From Candidatus Nanopelagicales bacterium (GTDB lineage Bacteria; Actinomycetota; Actinomycetes; S36-B12; UBA5976): a DNA stretch of 64,000 nt. The notes beneath the pieces are model-generated. The model was not told the DNA's origin and did no database searches. It saw only the letters and a list, made by a program, of their open reading frames with translations. Both the position numbers and the translations under genes were made by a program. The stretch lies in contig DAIRCR010000003.1 in the NCBI GenBank assembly GCA_036796575.1, positions 161,359-225,358 on the forward strand, in the 5' to 3' direction. How positions within the stretch are numbered: the first letter of the stretch is position 1; each line of letters opens with the position of its first letter. Of the stretch, positions 55,410 through 64,000 are shown one piece after another.

Positions 55410-57458
55410 TTAGTTAAGAATTTCTTGAGCGGCAGCAACTACGGCTTCCGCTGTAATTCCAAATTCTGAGTAAAGTTTGTCAGCGCCAGCTGATGCGCCA
55501 AAATGCTCCAAGCTAATGCAGCGTCCGGCTGAGCCAACGTACTTCCACCAACCTTGAGCTATGCCGGCTTCGATCGAAACTCGAGCGGTTACTGCATGTG
55601 GCAAAACTGATTCACGATATTGCGCGTCCTGGGCATCAAACCACTCCAAGCACGGTGCCGAAACAACGCGAGTCGAAACACCACTGGATTCCAAAGTCTG
55701 CTGTGCGGAAAGCGCGATCGATACTTCTGAACCAGTTGCAATCAAAATAACTTCTGGAGTTTTTGAACTCTCTGAAATCACGTATGCACCACGACTGACT
55801 AGTGAAACATCAGTCGTAGCAGCAGAATCAATAACTGGAAGGTTTTGCCGGGATAGACATAGCCCGGATGGTTTATTTGATTCCATGACAATTCGCCAAG
55901 CAGTTGCAGTTTCGTTTGCATCAGCAGGTCGAATTACCTGAAGGTTTGGGATTGCTCGTAACGACCAAAGATGCTCAACGGGTTGATGAGTAGGTCCATC
56001 TTCACCTAAGCCAATTGAATCGTGAGTCCAGACGTAAGTAGCAGGTAGATCCATCAAGGCTGAAAGCCGCACTGCGCCGCGCATGAAGTCGCTGAAGACT
56101 AGGAATGTGCCAGCAAATGGTCGAGTCAAGCCACCAAGTGCCATGCCATTCATTGCACAAGCCATAGCAAACTCGCGAATGCCGTAGTGGATGATTCGGC
56201 CGCCTTCAGCAGCACCCGACATCTGACTTGAACTTGGTAGGAAAGAACCGCCGTGCTCAATGGTTGTCAGATTGCTATCGCCCAAATCGGCCGAGCCACC
56301 CCAAAGTTCTGGAAGTACATGAGCCATGGCGTTGATGGTGTCACCTGATGCTTTACGAGTTGCAACTGAAGTGCCAGGCTCAAATCTGGGCAGGACTTCG
56401 TGCCAATTAGTTGGCATTTCGCGTGCCGCAAGTCGCTGATATAACTTTGCTGAATCCGGATTCTTGCTAGCCCAAGTCGAGAACTCGGCAGACCAGAGCT
56501 CATGACTTTCGCGACCTCTTGTTGCAACTTGTCGAGCGTGAGTTAGGACCTCAGTTGAGATCTCAAAAGTTTTAGCTGGATCAAGACCTAGTAATTCTTT
56601 TGTCGCCGCAACTTCAGCGTCGCCAAGAGCAGCGCCGTGAATCTTGCCAGTGTTCTTCAAGTTTGGTGCTGGCCAACCAATTACGTTTCTAACTCGAATC
56701 AAAGTTGGTTTTTCGGATTGCGCCACAGCACTAGCAATTGCAAGATCCAATGACGTGACGTCAATCTCACCATTGCTCAGCATTTCTACATGGCTTACAT
56801 TCCAGCCGTACGATGCGTATCGAGCAAGCACATCCTCAGTGAATGAAACAGCCGTGTCACCTTCAATGCTGATGTGGTTGTCGTCATAAAGTACGACGAG
56901 GTTGCTTAGCTCTTGATGACCAGCTAAGGATGATGCTTCGGAAGTAACACCCTCTTGAAGACAGCCATCACCGGCAATTACCCAGATTTTGTGATCGAAA
57001 ACACTTTGACCGGCAGCAGAAGTTGGATCTAAGAGATTGCGCACGTAACGCGCGTCCATTGCCATACCTACTGCGGTCGCTAAACCAGTTCCAAGCGGCC
57101 CGGTCGTTGCTTCAACGCCAGCAGTGTGGCCAAATTCAGGGTGACCTGGCGTCTTACTATCCCAAGTTCTAAACGACTGCAGATCTTCTAGCTCTAGACC
57201 GTAACCACTAAGAAAAAGTTGAGTGTAAAGCGTGATACTGCTGTGACCATTGGAAAGTACAAACCGATCTCGGCCATGCCACTCTGGATCAGCTGGGTCA
57301 TGCTTCATCCATTTCTGGAAAAGCAGATAAGCCATTGGGGCCAGACTCATTGCGGTGCCAGGGTGACCATTGCCAACTTTTTGCACACTGTCCATTGCTA
57401 GGGCGCGGGCTGCGGTAACGGCTTGGTCGTCGAGTTCGGTCCAGATGAATTTGCTCAC
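55410..57458 (-). CDS. tkt: Transketolase
   Basis: It has the TPP-binding motifs GNGHPGTAMSLAP and GDGCLQEG. The product is 682 aa with a GTG start. Its stop codon directly abuts the rbpA stop codon. Confidence 0.95.
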   Translation of the reverse strand: MSKFIWTELDDQAVTAARALAMDSVQKVGNGHPGTAMSLAPMAYLLFQKWMKHDPADPEWHGRDRFVLSNGHSSITLYTQLFLSGYGLELEDLQSFRTWDSKTPGHPEFGHTAGVEATTGPLGTGLATAVGMAMDARYVRNLLDPTSAAGQSVFDHKIWVIAGDGCLQEGVTSEASSLAGHQELSNLVVLYDDNHISIEGDTAVSFTEDVLARYASYGWNVSHVEMLSNGEIDVTSLDLAIASAVAQSEKPTLIRVRNVIGWPAPNLKNTGKIHGAALGDAEVAATKELLGLDPAKTFEISTEVLTHARQVATRGRESHELWSAEFSTWASKNPDSAKLYQRLAAREMPTNWHEVLPRFEPGTSVATRKASGDTINAMAHVLPELWGGSADLGDSNLTTIEHGGSFLPSSSQMSGAAEGGRIIHYGIREFAMACAMNGMALGGLTRPFAGTFLVFSDFMRGAVRLSALMDLPATYVWTHDSIGLGEDGPTHQPVEHLWSLRAIPNLQVIRPADANETATAWRIVMESNKPSGLCLSRQNLPVIDSAATTDVSLVSRGAYVISESSKTPEVILIATGSEVSIALSAQQTLESSGVSTRVVSAPCLEWFDAQDAQYRESVLPHAVTARVSIEAGIAQGWWKYVGSAGRCISLEHFGASAGADKLYSEFGITAEAVVAAAQEILN

Positions 57459-57517
57459 GAACCAAGGTTATCTACTGGGCGTTCGCGACCTGCGTTAGGC
57501 GCAGGTAGGCTCATTAT

Positions 57518-58441
57518 GTGTCATCGCAACTAAACGATCTGAGTAACGCCAAGTCAGATATTGTTTGGATTACACCAACCTGGCGGGCTTATCTAGCCCT
57601 AACAAAGCCCCGAATTATTGAATTACTGCTGGTAACCACAATTCCAACTATGTTCCTGGCAGCGGGTGGCTTTCCAGCTTGGGCCCTGGTTTGTTGGACT
57701 CTGCTGGGCGGAACGCTAGCGGCAGGCGGTGCCAACGTTCTCAATTGCTACCTCGATCGCGACATCGACGCGATGATGCATCGTACTGCACATCGACCAT
57801 CAGCTACCGGACAAATCTCAGGCTTTCGAACTGTGACATTCGGATTAATTCTGTCCGTACTTTCGGTTTTAGTTTTGGCTTTAACGGTCAACTTATTGTC
57901 AGCGGCTTTGGCAGCTCTCGCAATTGCGTTTTATGTAATCGGCTACACCATGTTGCTTAAGCGTCGCACTTCGCAAAACATTGTGTGGGGAGGAGCTGCC
58001 GGATGCATGCCAGTCCTAATTGGCTGGAGCGCAGTAACTGGTTCGCTTTCTTGGACGCCAGTAATTCTCTTTTTGATTGTTTTCTTTTGGACGCCGCCGC
58101 ACTACTGGCCACTTTCACTTCGCTACAAAGACGACTACGCCGCAGCCGGCGTGCCTATGCTGCCGGTTACAGATTCTCCGCATGTTGTTGCAAAACAAAT
58201 CATCATTTACTCATGGGTTATGATCGCAACTACTTTGGCTCTGATTCCAATTGCCGGAATGAACTGGCTCTATTCGGTGATAGCCGTAGCAAGTGGTGCG
58301 CTATTTATCTATGAGGCATATGCGTTGCGCTCGAGAGTTCGGGAAAATCTAGATGACTTAAATCCAATGCGACTTTTTCATTGGTCTATCTCGTACCTTT
58401 CGCTAATTTTTCTCGCAATAGGTGTCGATCCGTTCTTGTAA
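57518..58441 (+). CDS. ctaB: Protoheme IX farnesyltransferase (heme O synthase)
   Basis: It has the UbiA-type motif [15 protein letters not shown] and is a polytopic membrane protein. It is divergent from tkt, as in other actinobacteria. Confidence 0.92.
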   Translation: MSSQLNDLSNAKSDIVWITPTWRAYLALTKPRIIELLLVTTIPTMFLAAGGFPAWALVCWTLLGGTLAAGGANVLNCYLDRDIDAMMHRTAHRPSATGQISGFRTVTFGLILSVLSVLVLALTVNLLSAALAALAIAFYVIGYTMLLKRRTSQNIVWGGAAGCMPVLIGWSAVTGSLSWTPVILFLIVFFWTPPHYWPLSLRYKDDYAAAGVPMLPVTDSPHVVAKQIIIYSWVMIATTLALIPIAGMNWLYSVIAVASGALFIYEAYALRSRVRENLDDLNPMRLFHWSISYLSLIFLAIGVDPFL

Positions 58442-58442
58442 G

Positions 58443-59357
58443 TCAGCCTCGAGTATTACGGGCTAGGTAAAATCGGACGGTAAAAATCCAAAGTAGGCAA
58501 GCGCCAAGTACATGCACTGCAACTAATCCCCAGGGCAGTCCTGTAAAGAACTGTGTGTAGCCAACGAAACCCTGTGCAATACAAACGCCAACCACTATCC
58601 ATGCCTGCTTAGTTACGTGCTTCGGCGCAGCTGTGGCCAGAAGTGCAACCAGAAGTCCAGCTGTTAGCCCTAGATAGAGCCAGACGAGTGCGGCGTGAAT
58701 AGTTGTGATGTTACGAAACTCAAAACCAAGCCGCACTATTTCGTTTGTGTCGCCAGCATGCGGGCCAGAGCCAGTAACCAAAGTTCCGACTGCGATAACA
58801 ACTAATGCCAACCAAATGTGAATTCGCATCCCAAGATCAATTGGTTTGGCAACTTGAAGTGCAACTGGACGGTCATCCGCTTCTTGCGCTTTAACTAACA
58901 AAATAACTGCAACTGTAATTAGCCCAATTGAAACCATGAAGTGTGCAGCGACAATCAAAGGATGCAATCCAGTAAGAACTGTAATTCCGCCCAAAATTGC
59001 CTGCGCAAAAATTCCGAACAGAATTCCAAGTGCCAAAACAGTTAGCGATCTGCGCTTAGCTAGGCCCGCTAGTCGACGTTCCTGATTGTGCTTAAAGACA
59101 GCAAACAAGGATGCGATGGCGACGATCAACAAAACAAAGGTAAGCAGGCGATTGCCAAACTCAATGTATTTATGGAAAGCCTCGGTTTGCTCTGAAGTCG
59201 GGGCAATCGAACCAGCAACGCATTCCGGCCAAGTCGGGCACCCCAGCCCAGAAGCGGTAAGGCGCACCGTGGCTCCCGTAAGAACGATGCCGGTTTGAGC
59301 TATCAGGTTGGCGATAAGGGTTCGGTGTTGCCAGGTACGCAGTTTTGGGGGAATCAC
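58443..59357 (-). CDS. ctaA: Heme A synthase (COX15/CtaA)
   Basis: It has 8 TM helices, the N-terminal Cys pair motif GLGCPTWPEC and conserved His residues in the TM helices. Confidence 0.85.
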   Translation of the reverse strand: MIPPKLRTWQHRTLIANLIAQTGIVLTGATVRLTASGLGCPTWPECVAGSIAPTSEQTEAFHKYIEFGNRLLTFVLLIVAIASLFAVFKHNQERRLAGLAKRRSLTVLALGILFGIFAQAILGGITVLTGLHPLIVAAHFMVSIGLITVAVILLVKAQEADDRPVALQVAKPIDLGMRIHIWLALVVIAVGTLVTGSGPHAGDTNEIVRLGFEFRNITTIHAALVWLYLGLTAGLLVALLATAAPKHVTKQAWIVVGVCIAQGFVGYTQFFTGLPWGLVAVHVLGACLLWIFTVRFYLARNTRG

Positions 59358-59445
59358 TCTTACAGCCTAAAGGCCCTATCTAACAGGTGCTTATTGGGTA
59401 CTTCAGGTAGTGGAACCCCGGAGGTGCGGATTGAGGCGATATACG

Positions 59446-59459
59446 CAACAATGAAGTTG
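59446..59459. promoter_or_regulatory. CAAC-N6-GTTG palindrome (candidate SufR operator)
   Basis: CAACAATGAAGTTG (extended: ACAAC-AATGAA-GTTGT) ends on the first base of the sufR GTG start. It is the only such palindrome in the ctaA-sufR spacer. Confidence 0.5.
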
Positions 59460-60127
59460 TGAAATTCGAAGGATCTGCTGCCGCCACGGTTGCCCGCACG
59501 CTTTTGCAAGCCGGTCCTTCTACGGCTACTGACATAGCGCGAACCTTGGGGCTTTCAGGAGCTGCGGTTCGCAAGCAATTAGATCAATTACTTGAAACCG
59601 GATTAGTTGAATCAAGTGAGCGTGCGCCGTACGGACCAGCTGCTTTGGATTCAAAACGTGGACGAGGCCGACCATCTCGCGTGTTTATGCTCACCGCAGC
59701 CGGTCGCGCACGATTTGGCCAACACCAAGAAAGTTTGGGACTTAGTGCTGTGAAGTATTTGAATTCAACAGCTGGCTCCGGGGCCGTTACTGAGTTTGCT
59801 AGTTCAATCGCAAAAGATTTTGTGAGTCGACACAAAGAAATTTCAAAACTTGCAACCATCGAAGAGCGGGCTGTTGCTCTCATTGATGCGCTGAATCAAG
59901 ATGGATTTGCGGCGACTGAAACGCCTGGACTTTACGGATCCACTCAGATTTGCCAACACAACTGTCCTATGGGTGATGTTGCTGTTGAGTTCCCAACACT
60001 TTGCGAAGAAGAAACCAAGGCATTCTCAGAATTGACTGGGGTACATGTCACACGTTTGGCAACAATCGCAAAAGGTAACGCAGTTTGCACGACATTAGTT
60101 CCACACACACGAAGGGAAAACGCATGA
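59459..60127 (+). CDS. sufR: SufR-type winged-helix transcriptional repressor of the suf operon
   Basis: It has an N-terminal wHTH ([33 protein letters not shown]) and a C-terminal Cys cluster (CQHNCPMGD...LCEEE...AVC). It lies directly upstream of sufB and overlaps it. Confidence 0.82.
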   Translation: MKFEGSAAATVARTLLQAGPSTATDIARTLGLSGAAVRKQLDQLLETGLVESSERAPYGPAALDSKRGRGRPSRVFMLTAAGRARFGQHQESLGLSAVKYLNSTAGSGAVTEFASSIAKDFVSRHKEISKLATIEERAVALIDALNQDGFAATETPGLYGSTQICQHNCPMGDVAVEFPTLCEEETKAFSELTGVHVTRLATIAKGNAVCTTLVPHTRRENA

Positions 60128-61533
60128 CAACCCAACAGGAACATCTTGACGCACTCGGAAATTACGAGTTTGGATGGCACGATAATGACCTAGCTGGAAT
60201 CAACGCGCGACGCGGCATTGACGAGTCAGTCGTTCGCAACATCTCAGGCTTAAAAAGTGAGCCACAGTGGATGCTAGATCTTCGCCTTAAAGGATTAAAC
60301 CTGTTTGGCAAGAAGCCAATGCCTAACTGGGGTAGTGACTTGTCGGGTATCGATTTCGACAACATCAAGTACTTCGTGCGTTCAACTGAAAAGCAAGCCA
60401 CCAGTTGGGACGACCTTCCGGATGACATTAAGAACACCTACGACCGTCTAGGTATTCCTGAGGCAGAAAAGCAGCGTCTAGTTTCCGGTGTTGCTGCGCA
60501 GTATGAATCAGAAGTTGTTTATCACAAGATCCGCGAAGACCTGGAAGAGCTGGGTGTAATTTTCGTAGATACTGACACAGGTTTACGCGAGCACGAAGAA
60601 CTTTTCAAAGAGTACTTCGGAACTGTTATTCCAGTTGGAGATAACAAGTTTGCTGCTCTGAACACTTCTGTATGGTCAGGTGGATCGTTCATTTACATCC
60701 CAAAGGGTGTGCATGTGGACATTCCATTGCAGGCTTACTTCCGAATCAACACTGAAAATATGGGTCAGTTCGAACGAACCCTAATCATCGTTGACGAAGA
60801 TGCTTATGTTCACTACGTAGAAGGTTGCACTGCGCCTATCTATTCAAGTGATTCACTGCACTCAGCCGTTGTAGAAATTATCGTTAAAAAGGGCGCTCGC
60901 TGCCGTTACACGACAATTCAAAACTGGTCGAACAACGTTTACAACTTGGTAACCAAGCGTGCTGTTGCTCATGAAGGTGCGACCATGGAATGGGTCGACG
61001 GAAACATTGGCTCAAAGGTAACCATGAAGTACCCAGCTATCTGGCTACAAGGTCCACATGCAAAGGGCGAAACACTTTCCATCGCATTTGCAGGTGAAGG
61101 TCAGCATCAAGATGCTGGAGCCAAGATGGTTCACGCTGCGCCATTTACGTCCTCATCAATCATCAGCAAGTCTGTAGCCCGTGGCGGTGGCAGAACTTCA
61201 TACCGTGGTTTAGTCCAGGTCCTTGAAGGTTGCCATGGCAGTAAGAGCACCGTTAAGTGTGATGCCTTGCTAGTGGATGACATTTCACGTTCCGACACAT
61301 ATCCGTATGTTGATGTCCGTGATGATGATGTTTCGTTAGGTCACGAAGCTTCGGTTTCTAAAGTTTCTGAGGATCAGTTGTTTTACTTAATGTCTCGCGG
61401 TCTTGAAGAAGACGAAGCAATGGCGATGATCGTTCGTGGTTTCGTTGAACCAATTGCCCGCGAATTGCCGATGGAATACGCACTTGAGCTAAACCGTCTA
61501 ATTGAACTTCAAATGGAAGGTGCTGTCGGTTAG
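60124..61533 (+). CDS. sufB: Fe-S cluster assembly scaffold protein SufB
   Basis: The 469-aa product has the N-terminus [20 protein letters not shown] and a SufB beta-helix core. ATG 60124 overlaps the sufR stop as ATGA. Confidence 0.95.
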   Translation: MTTQQEHLDALGNYEFGWHDNDLAGINARRGIDESVVRNISGLKSEPQWMLDLRLKGLNLFGKKPMPNWGSDLSGIDFDNIKYFVRSTEKQATSWDDLPDDIKNTYDRLGIPEAEKQRLVSGVAAQYESEVVYHKIREDLEELGVIFVDTDTGLREHEELFKEYFGTVIPVGDNKFAALNTSVWSGGSFIYIPKGVHVDIPLQAYFRINTENMGQFERTLIIVDEDAYVHYVEGCTAPIYSSDSLHSAVVEIIVKKGARCRYTTIQNWSNNVYNLVTKRAVAHEGATMEWVDGNIGSKVTMKYPAIWLQGPHAKGETLSIAFAGEGQHQDAGAKMVHAAPFTSSSIISKSVARGGGRTSYRGLVQVLEGCHGSKSTVKCDALLVDDISRSDTYPYVDVRDDDVSLGHEASVSKVSEDQLFYLMSRGLEEDEAMAMIVRGFVEPIARELPMEYALELNRLIELQMEGAVG

Positions 61534-61535
61534 TT

Positions 61536-62672
61536 ATGACAGAAGTAAAAGAGCGCGAAGTTGCGATAGTTCCACCGAAGGATCACACTCCTGTAGTTCG
61601 ATCTCTGGATCCATCTGATTTCCCAACACCAACAAGTCGTGATGAAGAGTTTCGGTTTACTCCGATGTCCAGACTTCATAACTTGCATCAAGGAAACGTA
61701 GTTGCAACTGGAAGTATGGCAATTGCTGTAAACAAAGTTGCCGGCTCAAGATTCGAGATCGCTGGAGCAAAGTCAACAGATCGAATTGGCTTCACTGACA
61801 AGATTGCAGCCGGAGCTTGGTCACAGCTAGATGCGATATCTACGCTAACAATTGAGGCGAATCAGAATCTTTCAGAATCTGTAATTGTGTCAATTGTTGG
61901 GTCTGGCGCTGTTGCATTTGGCCAACTAGACATTAATGTCGAGAAGTTTGCCAGTGCGGTGGTAATCGTTGACCACATTGGCTCTGCTACTTACGCCGGA
62001 AACATCGACATCAATGTGGCTGATGGCGGAGCGGTAACTGTAGTTTCACTTCAAGATTGGGATGCTTCAGCGTTACATCTTGCTCAGCATCGCATCACAC
62101 TTGGAAAAGATGCATCAGTAAAGCACGTATCGGTAACACTTGGTGGAGATGTTGTTCGCATCCTGCCGAGCGTTCATTACGCAGCACCAGGCGGACAAGC
62201 TGAGTTGATCGGTCTCTATTTCGCAGGCGCAGGACAGCACACTGAACATCGACTATTTGTTGACCACAGCGAAGCGAACTGCCGAAGCAATGTTGTCTAC
62301 AAGGGTGCCCTAGATGGCGAAGATGCTCATACTGTTTGGGTTGGCGACGTATTGATCCGTGCCAACGCAATTGGTACTGATACTTATGAAATCAACCGCA
62401 ACTTAGTTCTTAGTGGCGGCGGACGAGCTGATTCAGTTCCTAACTTAGAAATTGAAACTGGCGAAATCGTTGGCGCTGGACATGCCAGCACCACCGGTCG
62501 CTTTGACGATGAGCAGTTGTTCTATTTACAGTCACGTGGCATCAATGAAGAAGAAGCGCGCAAGTTAGTTCTGCGCGGATTCTTTGAAGATCTTTTGGGA
62601 CAGATAGCAGTACCAGAGATCAATGATCGTGTGCGAGACAGTATCGAGGCTCGTTTAGGTGGACGTATCTAA
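61536..62672 (+). CDS. sufD: Fe-S cluster assembly protein SufD
   Basis: The 378-aa SufB/SufD-family protein has a C-terminus (FDDEQLFYLQSRGI) and lies between sufB and sufC. Confidence 0.9.
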   Translation: MTEVKEREVAIVPPKDHTPVVRSLDPSDFPTPTSRDEEFRFTPMSRLHNLHQGNVVATGSMAIAVNKVAGSRFEIAGAKSTDRIGFTDKIAAGAWSQLDAISTLTIEANQNLSESVIVSIVGSGAVAFGQLDINVEKFASAVVIVDHIGSATYAGNIDINVADGGAVTVVSLQDWDASALHLAQHRITLGKDASVKHVSVTLGGDVVRILPSVHYAAPGGQAELIGLYFAGAGQHTEHRLFVDHSEANCRSNVVYKGALDGEDAHTVWVGDVLIRANAIGTDTYEINRNLVLSGGGRADSVPNLEIETGEIVGAGHASTTGRFDDEQLFYLQSRGINEEEARKLVLRGFFEDLLGQIAVPEINDRVRDSIEARLGGRI

Positions 62673-63010
62673 TGACCACAATGTTCGAAACTGTACGTAA
62701 GTCGGCCTTGGAAGATTCCAAGCCAATGCGAGTGGTTGTAGACGGTGAAGATGTTTTGTTGGCGAAGGTAGCTGATGAAATCTTTGCAGTAAGCGACATC
62801 TGCACGCACTCCGAAGTTTCGCTTAGCGAAGGGGACATCGAAGGCTGTGCAATTGAATGCTGGCTTCATGGATCTTCCTTTGATCTACGCACTGGAAAAC
62901 CATCTGGACCACCTGCAACATCGGCACTAAAGACATTTGCAATAAAGCTAGAAGAAAACCAATCCGATCCAATGATTTTTGTTTCATTATCTGAAAGCGC
63001 GAGGAGTTAG
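62672..63010 (+). CDS. Rieske [2Fe-2S] domain protein embedded in the suf operon
   Basis: It has the CxH ... CxxH ligand pattern (CTHSEV ... CWLHGS). The product is 112 aa and its start overlaps the sufD stop. Confidence 0.85.
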   Translation: MTTMFETVRKSALEDSKPMRVVVDGEDVLLAKVADEIFAVSDICTHSEVSLSEGDIEGCAIECWLHGSSFDLRTGKPSGPPATSALKTFAIKLEENQSDPMIFVSLSESARS

Positions 63011-63012
63011 TC

Positions 63013-63765
63013 ATGTCAGTTCTAGTAATTAAGGGTTTAACCGTTGAGGTAACTACCGAAGATGGTCCCAAAGAAATTTTGCGCGGCGTTGACTTGACCG
63101 TTAAGGCTGGCGAAATTCATGCACTTATGGGTCCAAATGGATCGGGTAAGTCAACCCTTGCCTACGCCATTGCTGGACATCCGAAGTACACCATCACTGG
63201 TGGACAAGTTTCACTTGATGGCCAAGACGTACTTGAGATGAGCGTGGACGAGCGAGCTCGCGCCGGTCTATTCCTTGCGATGCAGTACCCAGTTGAAGTA
63301 CCAGGCGTTTCAATTTCAAACTTCCTACGTACTTCAATCACCGCGATTCGTGGCGAAGCACCAAACCTTCGTCACTGGATCAAGGAACTAAAAGAATCAA
63401 TGGCTGGGTTACAGATAGATCCTCAGTTCGCCGAACGTAATGTTAACGAAGGCTTCTCTGGTGGCGAACGCAAGCGCACCGAGATTCTTCAGATGGAACT
63501 TATCAATCCAAAGATTGCAGTTCTAGATGAAACTGACTCTGGTCTTGACGTTGACGCTCTGCGCGTAGTTTCTGAAGGAATTAATCGAGTCTGCGCCAAG
63601 GGTGAGACTGGTGTGCTTCTGATCACTCACTTCACTCGCATCCTGAAGTATGTAAAGCCTGACTTTGTTCACGTTTTCTACGATGGTCGCATCGTTCGTG
63701 AAGGTGGCCCAGAACTTGCTGACGACATCGAAGCTAACGGCTACGCCCAATACGTAACTGCCTAA
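63013..63765 (+). CDS. sufC: Fe-S cluster assembly ATPase SufC
   Basis: It has Walker A GPNGSGKST, the signature FSGGERKRTEILQM and Walker B AVLDETDSGLD. Confidence 0.96.
   Translation: MSVLVIKGLTVEVTTEDGPKEILRGVDLTVKAGEIHALMGPNGSGKSTLAYAIAGHPKYTITGGQVSLDGQDVLEMSVDERARAGLFLAMQYPVEVPGVSISNFLRTSITAIRGEAPNLRHWIKELKESMAGLQIDPQFAERNVNEGFSGGERKRTEILQMELINPKIAVLDETDSGLDVDALRVVSEGINRVCAKGETGVLLITHFTRILKYVKPDFVHVFYDGRIVREGGPELADDIEANGYAQYVTA

Positions 63766-64000
<235 letters not shown>

Overview
This 64-kb window is about 96% coding: only about 2.2 kb is intergenic by my own coordinate calls. I call 58 protein-coding genes. I found no rRNA, tRNA, CRISPR array, transposase, phage gene or recognisable defence or toxin gene. 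Gene content and order match the conserved actinobacterial housekeeping backbone in very compact form: ribF(3' part)-rpsO-pnp-M16 peptidase-dapB | azlD-azlC, EamA, Fe(III)-type ABC importer | thyX-dapA-rnj-ftsK-rimO-pgsA-cinA(C-domain)-ClgR-like HTH | xerD-parA-like-scpA-scpB-rluB-aroH-tyrA-cmk-der | Liv-type ABC importer, DUF554, PaaI thioesterase | polA-rpsA-coaE-uvrB-terC-terC-uvrA-uvrC-rapZ-yvcK-whiA-gap-pgk-tpiA-secG-rbpA | tkt | ctaB | ctaA | sufR-sufB-sufD-Rieske-sufC-sufS(5' part). The apparently moderate GC content, tiny spacers and frequent ATGA/GTGA start-stop overlaps suggest a genome-streamlined actinobacterium, but that is inference and I make no taxon call. I did not find a convincing new multi-gene protein system. 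The signals that ordinary annotation does not explain are mostly non-coding. (1) Four helically phased ~31-nt direct repeats fill the ribF-rpsO spacer. (2) A perfect 14+14 bp dyad lies between the divergent iron-type ABC operon and thyX. (3) A CAAC-N6-GTTG palindrome lies on the sufR start. (4) A perfect 17-bp hairpin separates the Liv-type binding-protein gene from its permease genes. (5) Four convergent gene pairs overlap or abut with no terminator. (6) At the locus level, tal-zwf-opcA-pgl is missing downstream of tkt, and a tandem TerC pair sits inside a contiguous uvrB-uvrA-uvrC block. All functional calls come from reading the translated ORFs, conserved motifs and synteny recalled from memory. 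No database search was run.
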